A stretch of DNA of 15,666 nucleotides from Paraspadella gotoi (taxonomy: Eukaryota > Animalia > Chaetognatha). A program made the position numbers and the translations under genes. Under the pieces are notes generated by a model, which was given only the letters and a program-made list of their open reading frames with translations, had not been told where the DNA came from and made no database searches. Shown here piece after piece: positions 9,394-15,666 of the stretch (positions are counted from its first letter, which is position 1; the number at the start of each line of letters is the position of its first letter). The stretch spans positions 6,180,600-6,196,265 of the forward strand of contig CM119270.1 of the NCBI GenBank assembly GCA_051294375.1, written 5' to 3'.

Positions 9394-9832
9394 NNNNNNN
9401 NNNNNNNNNNNNNNNNNNNNNNNNNNNNNNNNNNNNNNNNNNNNNNNNNNNNNNNNNNNNNNNNNNNNNNNNNNNNNNNNNNNNNNNNNNNNNNNNNNNN
9501 NNNNNNNNNNNNNNNNNNNNNNNNNNNNNNNNNNNNNNNNNNNNNNNNNNNNNNNNNNNNNNNNNNNNNNNNNNNNNNNNNNNNNNNNNNNNNNNNNNNN
9601 NNNNNNNNNNNNNNNNNNNNNNNNNNNNNNNNNNNNNNNNNNNNNNNNNNNNNNNNNNNNNNNNNNNNNNNNNNNNNNNNNNNNNNNNNNNNNNNNNNNN
9701 NNNNNNNNNNNNNNNNNNNNNNNNNNACGACGACGACGACGACGACGAGAGCAACAACAACTTTCTTCGTGATGGACGTCTGAGTCGTGACTTTGTCCTT
9801 GAAGCCCAAAACTAAGGGATTTCCCTCGCTCT

Positions 9833-9834
<2 letters not shown>

Positions 9835-9925
<91 letters not shown>
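9835..9925. repeat. (TTTC)n microsatellite
   Basis: Read directly. Confidence 0.95.
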
Positions 9926-9926
<1 letters not shown>

Positions 9927-10467
9927 CTTCTTTTTTAAGAATCTTTTTACCATTATTATTTTTTTTCTTTAATTTTTTCCTTTTCATTTCTTTAAGAAAT
10001 TATTTGAAAATTTATTGACTTTTTTTTTCATTACATTTTCCTTACTAGATATTACTTATACAATTTTCTTAACTTCTCCCTCATCTTGTCCCCGTTTTTT
10101 TCTTCATCTTCTCTTTCTCGGTTAAGTATCTTTTAAAATGATGAAGGGAAAAAAAAGAAGAGAATGGGAGTCAAAAGAAAAGAAGGAATTGAGAACGAGT
10201 CGAAGAATAACCTTGACACGTCCATCTGTCCGTCTGTCCATCTGTCTATCCAGACGACATAATGAGAAGGAGGTTAATAACTACGACGATGACGAAGACG
10301 ACAACGACGAAGATGATGAACTGATGCGAAGCTCACTGGCGACGACGAAGTTGACGAAAGACGACGACGACGATGGTGACGACGACGACGACAAACGGCC
10401 AGGTCAATGACAAAATCGTTGTCCCTGCGACGGAAGAAAGGAAAAAAAAAACTTTTCTTTCCCTCAC

Positions 10468-10520
10468 GTCGTCATTACCCCTCAAGTCGGGAAGACGATG
10501 AAGGGGAGTACGAAGAGGAC
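10468..10520 (-). CDS. possible LRR exon fragment (LHRLPDLRGNDD)
   Basis: LxxL.DLRGN-like peptide followed by a 43-nt GTGAGG...CGCAG candidate intron (10425-10467). Confidence 0.3.
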
Positions 10521-10840
10521 GACGACGACGACGACGACGACGTAAACGTAAAGACAATGAATTGAATGACAGCAATGATGGGAGAGAATGACGAAGAAGA
10601 CTAATCTGTGATGAAGGTTAGAATCGTAATTATAAAGTCAGTTTGATAGAACAAAAGGAAAGTTGAGGAAAGTTGAGGAAAACATGAGAGAGAGGGAGAG
10701 AGACAGAGAAAGATAGAGAGTAAAAGAAAAATAAAATAAAGAGGATTTAGACAAGATCTTAACAACTTCACATCGTCAACAATAGAAAAACTTCCATGGC
10801 CTGATATTTCATATCGGATTTGAAACAGATTGTGGGGATA

Positions 10841-10871
<31 letters not shown>

Positions 10872-10910
10872 AGAGAGAGAGGAAAAGAGACGAGCTAGAG
10901 AGGAAGAAGA

Positions 10911-12213
10911 GAGAGATACAACACAATCTCACCGGCACCCCCGCACTCCGGCCGGCCCAGATATACAGTCGGGTTCCCGCGTGCCAATAGCGACCCCAAC
11001 AACACACTACTCACAACCAAAAAACGGGGGTTTGAGTGGCTTTGACATCTATGTTCTAACACGAAAATGTTCAACGTTACCGTTGTGATTGCCCTCACGG
11101 CGACAGCCAACTCTCACACAACACCACTGCTCGGTGCGCGCTGGACACCACACAAAGCTCTTCCGCATCCTCTTCCAAAGTAGCAGCAACGAACAAAACT
11201 CAAAGAAGCAGACACAACTCGACTAGCCACCCGCACACGCGGCGAAATTCGTTGAACACGAGAAGCCGATTTGATCGCTCGTCGCGACAAGAGAAAACAA
11301 AGTGGACCACCCCAGACCAAGGACGGCGAAAGAGAGGTTTTGACAGAAGAAGAAGCAATGGATTGTCGACCCTTCAGATTATACTTTCCTCCTGAGAGAG
11401 GTAAGGACGCGCAGTCGTTTTCAGGGCGAAGAAGGAAGCCAGTGGCCGGTTGAAGACAACGGGTCGGGGAAAAAGAATTTAGGCCACGCACGTCACTGCT
11501 CTCTCTCTCTGTCCACCTACGTCATGGCGTCCGTCGCGATCGCGCCTGGCGTCGCGGACCGCCCGTCGGGGAGACAGCGATCGTCGGTCGGTCTGCCGTC
11601 TCGGTACGGTCCGTTCTGCGTCACTACTCCGTCTCCTCCCTAAGTTCAGGACCCATGACATACCCCCGGACTCGGGGCAGCACCCCGGAGCGCACGAGTG
11701 GCTGGGATAGAGAGGCGGGTTAGCTAGGAAGCCAGGGGGTAAGTCCGCGCCGGCGACACACCCTCTAGTGCTCCGCGCGGACCAAATAGGAAGAAGCTCG
11801 GGCGGCCCAAACTGCGGCGAGGAAAAGAAGGCCGGGTGCGAGTCGGCGTCCGGCGCGAAGAGAGGAGCGGCGGGTCGGGGCGGGCGGGGTCCGGGTGGCG
11901 GCGCAGGAGAGGGGGGCCAGGGGGGGGGGTCCGTCACTCGTCTCGTCTGCGGTCATCAGGGTTGGACCTGCCTTCTCCGTCTGCCAGAACGCGGTGGCAG
12001 CGTGGTGATGCGTAAATATGGAGACTTCGAGAAAGGAGGATGGAGCAAAGAGAGGAAGAAAAAGGACTGTCCTCAAAATTTCGTCGTGGGTGCGTTCTTT
12101 TTGTCTTTTCCCATGTTTCTTCAGTTTGTTTGCATTTCTTAGGTTTTCAGCATATTATATTTCTTTTGTGGTGTCCTTTTTTAATATTTTCGCCCGGTTT
12201 TTGATTTTTCTTA
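10911..12213 (+). other. insertion-laden low-quality copy of 15048-15666 (probable raw long-read sequence)
   Basis: Collinear anchors: GTTTTGACAGAAGAAGAAGCAATGGATT ~ GTTTTGACAGAAAAGAAACAATGATT; CGTAAATATGGAGACTTCGAGAAAGG ~ CGTAAATATGAGACTCGAGAAAAGG; TTAATATTTTCGCCCGGTTTTTGATTTTTCTTA ~ TTAATATTTTCCCGGTTTTTGATTTTTCTTA. About twice the length of the clean copy. Confidence 0.85.
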
Positions 12214-12839
12214 TCCATTTTCATTCTTTATCGGCATTATGGTTCTCCTACCTAGGTTTCTGTTTATCTTTCATGCTATTAACTTAGCTTTTTTGTCTCC
12301 TATTTTTTCTGAATCATCATACAAAAGAACACTTCTTTGTATCTTATCAACTTTTCCTAATCGGGCACATATCTTTTTCTGTCTCTGCTCTCATCTCTCT
12401 CTCCGTCGTCTCGTCGTCGGTCAGTCGCTCCGCTCGTGCTCGCGTCTCTCTGTCTCTCGTCTGTCTCTCTCTGCGTCCTCCCCGTCTTTGTCGTCTCGTC
12501 TGCTCTCTCGCTCCTCCCTCTCTCTCGTGGCTCTCTTCTATTTGCCGGCTTCTCAACACAAAAATGCGTTTCTGTCCAAACGTGCGGATAGAGGAAAGGA
12601 GAAAAACGAGGCAGAAAACGTGAAGAGAGTGATGAGTGAGAAAGCAGAAACGGCAGAGAGGTTCTGCAAAATCCAGGGATGAAAATCTTATTGGTGTTTG
12701 GAGCTAGTGACAAGAGAGACAGAGAGAGAGAGAGAAAGGAGAAGAGAGAGGAGAGAGAGAGAGAGAGGAGAGAGAGAGGAAGAGAGAGCCAGAGAGAGAA
12801 AGAGAGAGGAGATGAGAGATTGAAAGGGATATTCCGGTT

Positions 12840-13760
12840 GGACCGCTCGACGGAGCTTTGTTTTAGAAAAAACGCATCAGTGCCGAAAAAATGATGGATC
12901 GATGTGATTTCGTGGTTTGTTGTGTGAAAGTGGCGATTTCCCTCCTGTCTTTATCGTCCTCTCTCTCTCTCTCTCTCTCTCTCTCACCTCGTGCCGTCTC
13001 TGCGCCGCTATCTCCTCGGTCATCGTCTCTCCGTCGTCTTCCGCAAACTGTGAATGCGAACGGAAAGTGTGTGAAATAATCTGGAATCCGATTTTCGAAT
13101 TCTGTGTTTGCCGTGTGAATTATATTCTCACTCACGATTTCGTCTCAAATATATCATCTTCAATTTTGGTCAACAAAGAACCCAGACGAAAGGGACCTTA
13201 TGAGCGGGGAAATTTCAGAAACGACTCGTTCTCATTACCATTTTGCGTGATCAATTTGATAATTTATTTAATATAGCGCAAGGCTCAACATTTCAAGGTC
13301 ATTATTTTGTGTCATGGTTGTTTTTCGGCGCTTATCCAGATTTAGAGAGAAGAGAGAGAGCCGGAGAGCAGAGAGAGAGAGAGAGAGAGAGTAGAGAGGA
13401 GAGAGAGAGAGAGGAGAGAGATGAGAGAGAGACTATTTGACAGCATTGGAGTCTTGGGTATTCCTTCTCGTCTTTCGTGGTGGTTTATCCTCATTCAGGA
13501 ATGTTCGATCCGTCATTACTGGAGATTACCGTGTATCGTGCTTTGGTCCTCTTGTCCTGTGTCATGTAACTGGTCTTTGGCTCTTCCTCTTCATCTCTTC
13601 GAGGATTCTCGGTTTCCAACTCACGCTTCCAATTATTGCCGGCCAAAAGACTCGGGTAATACTTTAGACAACTTTCTCCCGCCAATCTCATTTGTCACAT
13701 ATTTGCAGTAAAGGTCTGTAATCGACCTTAGCATAAACTTTTGTTTATGGGAATCTAATA
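12840..13760 (-). CDS. leucine-rich repeat protein, upstream exons (LxxLxLxxNxFxxxIP-type; frameshifted in this assembly)
   Basis: Splicing the 34-nt intron 13102-13135 (GTGAGT...CACAG) gives in-frame PKLKMIYLRRNQFENRIPDYF. Also LQTFTAN../NEIGG...LPESFG (13721-13642), LEMLSL, IHGNL../IPE and PSFF. Further candidate introns at 13197-13238 and 12945-12987. Confidence 0.6.
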
Positions 13761-15130
13761 TCTCTCCATAGGTCAGAATTCATAGTTTTATTTCGTCTCT
13801 TTGTTGTAGGCTGTAATCCTTTAAGAATCACTAATCGGTAAAATAACTCACCCTCTTTTTTAAATGATAAACAAAGAAAGAATGAAAAGACGAGATGAAT
13901 TTTAAACACATCAAGATAAGAATAAGAATAAAAACATGCCATACCTACGACAACAACGACAACGACGACATTTCAATTCTCTCGGTCGAATCGACGTCTT
14001 TGTACCCTCGGGACGGCACTGTTTGACAAGACGCGGGACTCGGGAGGATGAAACGCGCTGCAAAAATGGGCGAAGTCACTTTTGTACCCAAAAGAAAAAA
14101 AAAAGAATCACTTTTCCCTCACAACCATGGATACGCTATGATTCTTCCCCCTCCCCAATCCGAAATAACGCGTTTCTTCTGACTGCCCGGCTGGAAGGCG
14201 GAGATTCATCGAGACTGAACTGCCTGATGAGCGGCCCGGTGATCCGTCCCCCCCCTGCGGGCCCCCCACCATAACGGTGATTGCTCGTCGTGGACCCCGG
14301 GCTCTGTGAGTGACCGACCGATTTCTTCCTCAGGCGGCGCTCGTTGCTCGTCGTCCGTCCTCGGTGCGTTGTGTACGTCGTAGATGTCGCGCATTCAGAA
14401 AGAGGGATGGGTAAAATTTTTTGGATGATCGTTTTTGTCTCGTCGTGCGTCAGTGCGCGTCGGTTTTTCATGTCATCGTGCGTCGTCGGTCGTCGTCTGT
14501 TGGCGAGATGATAATTCTCACTCAGCATGAAGATTGCGTCGTTGGGCGTTCTCGAACCAGGCAAAAGTCTCGGACTTCATTTCGAAAATGTGAAGTTGTT
14601 AATAAAGCTTGTATCGTCCTAAAAATTGAGTAATGCGGTGTATAGTTAAATTAAGACCAGCCATCTTAATCGTATTGATTTGATTATATTATTGAACGGC
14701 TATCGTGTGAATACAGTTCCCTCGGTAAAATAGGGATTAGAGCCTGGTGACGCATCAATGTTTGAAACGCCATGTTTATGATTATTTATTCCATTTGTTC
14801 CAAACTGATCCTCTTGCTCTTTCTTCTCTCTCGTTTGCTTTTCTGTTCTATTCTCTCATGCGTCGTCCTTTTACTGCTGTTATGCTTCTCTTTTCCTCCG
14901 CGACAAAAAATAGTCGGGCCTCTCTTGTCAAGCGGGCGAAACGCCGGTCAAACCTCGCTCGTGTAGCAGTTATATGCCACCCATTCTCAAGCGAAATCTA
15001 TTTGAGCATGACCATGNNNNNNNNNNNNNNNNNNNNNNNNNAGAGAGAGAGAGATACCATTACCAAGTAATTGTTAGCACTCAAAACAGTTTATCTTTAA
15101 TTATTTTACAAAATTTCACTTACCTTGTAT

Positions 15131-15392
15131 TCAACTTACAAAAACAATTGGTCGCTGGAAGATTTGCATCTTTCCACGTCGGAGCAAAAACTCAAAAGCA
15201 GAACAATATAACCGCAAAGGGAAATTGTTGCTCGACAGATTTATGCCTCTCGGCCAAAGAAAAAAAAAAGGGACAACCAAAGTTTTGACAGAAAAGAAAC
15301 AATGATTCGATTCAAGATTTATTTCCTTGAGCGTAAACCGAGTCTTTCCAGCGGAAAAGGAAAGCCGTGGCCGTTGACGGGGAAAAAAATTA

Positions 15393-15395
<3 letters not shown>
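15131..15395 (-). CDS. leucine-rich repeat protein exon(s), cleaner copy
   Basis: ORF 15131..15595 contains TLKEINLESNHCF (15334-15296) and RGINLSSNNF (15250-15221), both fitting LxxLxLxxN. It is flanked by a (GA)n tract and GTAAGT donor-like sites. Confidence 0.6.
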
Positions 15396-15460
<65 letters not shown>

Positions 15461-15470
15461 CCTCTCTCTC
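15396..15470. repeat. (CT)n microsatellite
   Basis: Read directly. Confidence 0.95.
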
Positions 15471-15666
15471 GGTTGACCTCCTTCTCCTCCCAAAGCCGTC
15501 ACTCGTAAATATGAGACTCGAGAAAAGGATGAGCAAAAAAAAAATGTCTCAAAATCGTCGTTGCGTTTCTTTTTCTCTTTTCCCATTTTCTTCATTTTTC
15601 TTTCTATTTTCCCTATTATTTTCTTTGTTTCTTTTTTAATATTTTCCCGGTTTTTGATTTTTCTTA

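Larger units (their letters stand above)
4775..15041. other. assembly gaps: 25-N gaps at 4775-4799, 6098-6122, 6695-6719 and 15017-15041; sized gaps at 6252-6540, 8656-8724 and 9394-9726
   Basis: N runs counted directly. Confidence 0.97.

Noticed and set aside
11520-11940. GC-rich block with stems (TACCCCC/GGGGGTA, GTCCGCGC/GCGCGGAC), G-runs and a Pro-rich ORF
   Set aside because: It lies inside the noisy copy, at the position of a (CT)n tract, and is probably base-calling noise.
14223-14300. Hammerhead ribozyme from CTGATGAG
   Set aside because: No stem II followed by GAAA.
14136-15016. ORFs 14136..14564 (-) and 14747..15070 / 14772..14966 (+)
   Set aside because: No recognisable domain, and the segment may be low-accuracy gap-fill sequence.
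224-15639. Most ORFs in the track (poly-S, SLSL, RERE, KKER, FFLS and X-containing)
   Set aside because: They are open only because microsatellites or N gaps lack stop codons.

Overview
This is eukaryotic draft-assembly sequence, rich in microsatellites, with very short GT-AG introns; the organism cannot be named from the sequence. Almost all listed ORFs are artefacts of (CT/GA)n, (AAAG/CTTT)n and (TCG)n tracts or of N gaps. Much of the apparent structure looks like long-read gap-filling artefact. There are four gaps of exactly 25 N, an indel-divergent tandem duplication (3438-4774 / 4800-6097 / partial 6123-6251), an inverted copy (6548-6694 vs ~7097-7272) and an insertion-laden copy (~10911-12213) of 15048-15666. 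Five signals remain after discounting this. (1) A minus-strand multi-exon leucine-rich-repeat gene or genes with LxxLxLxxNxFxxxIP-type repeats, fragmented by indels, over ~7330-13940 and 15131-15395. (2) An unassigned ~225-nt structured RNA candidate on + at 3261-3490, with a TATA about 30 nt upstream and all G-U pairs on one strand. (3) A second unassigned structured RNA candidate of at least 255 nt on - at 9134-9393, with GAAA tetraloops, a possible pseudoknot and a U7 end. (4) A cluster of RFX X-box-like motifs and an ETS/YY1-like promoter motif. (5) A 40-bp minisatellite. All folding and alignments were done by eye.
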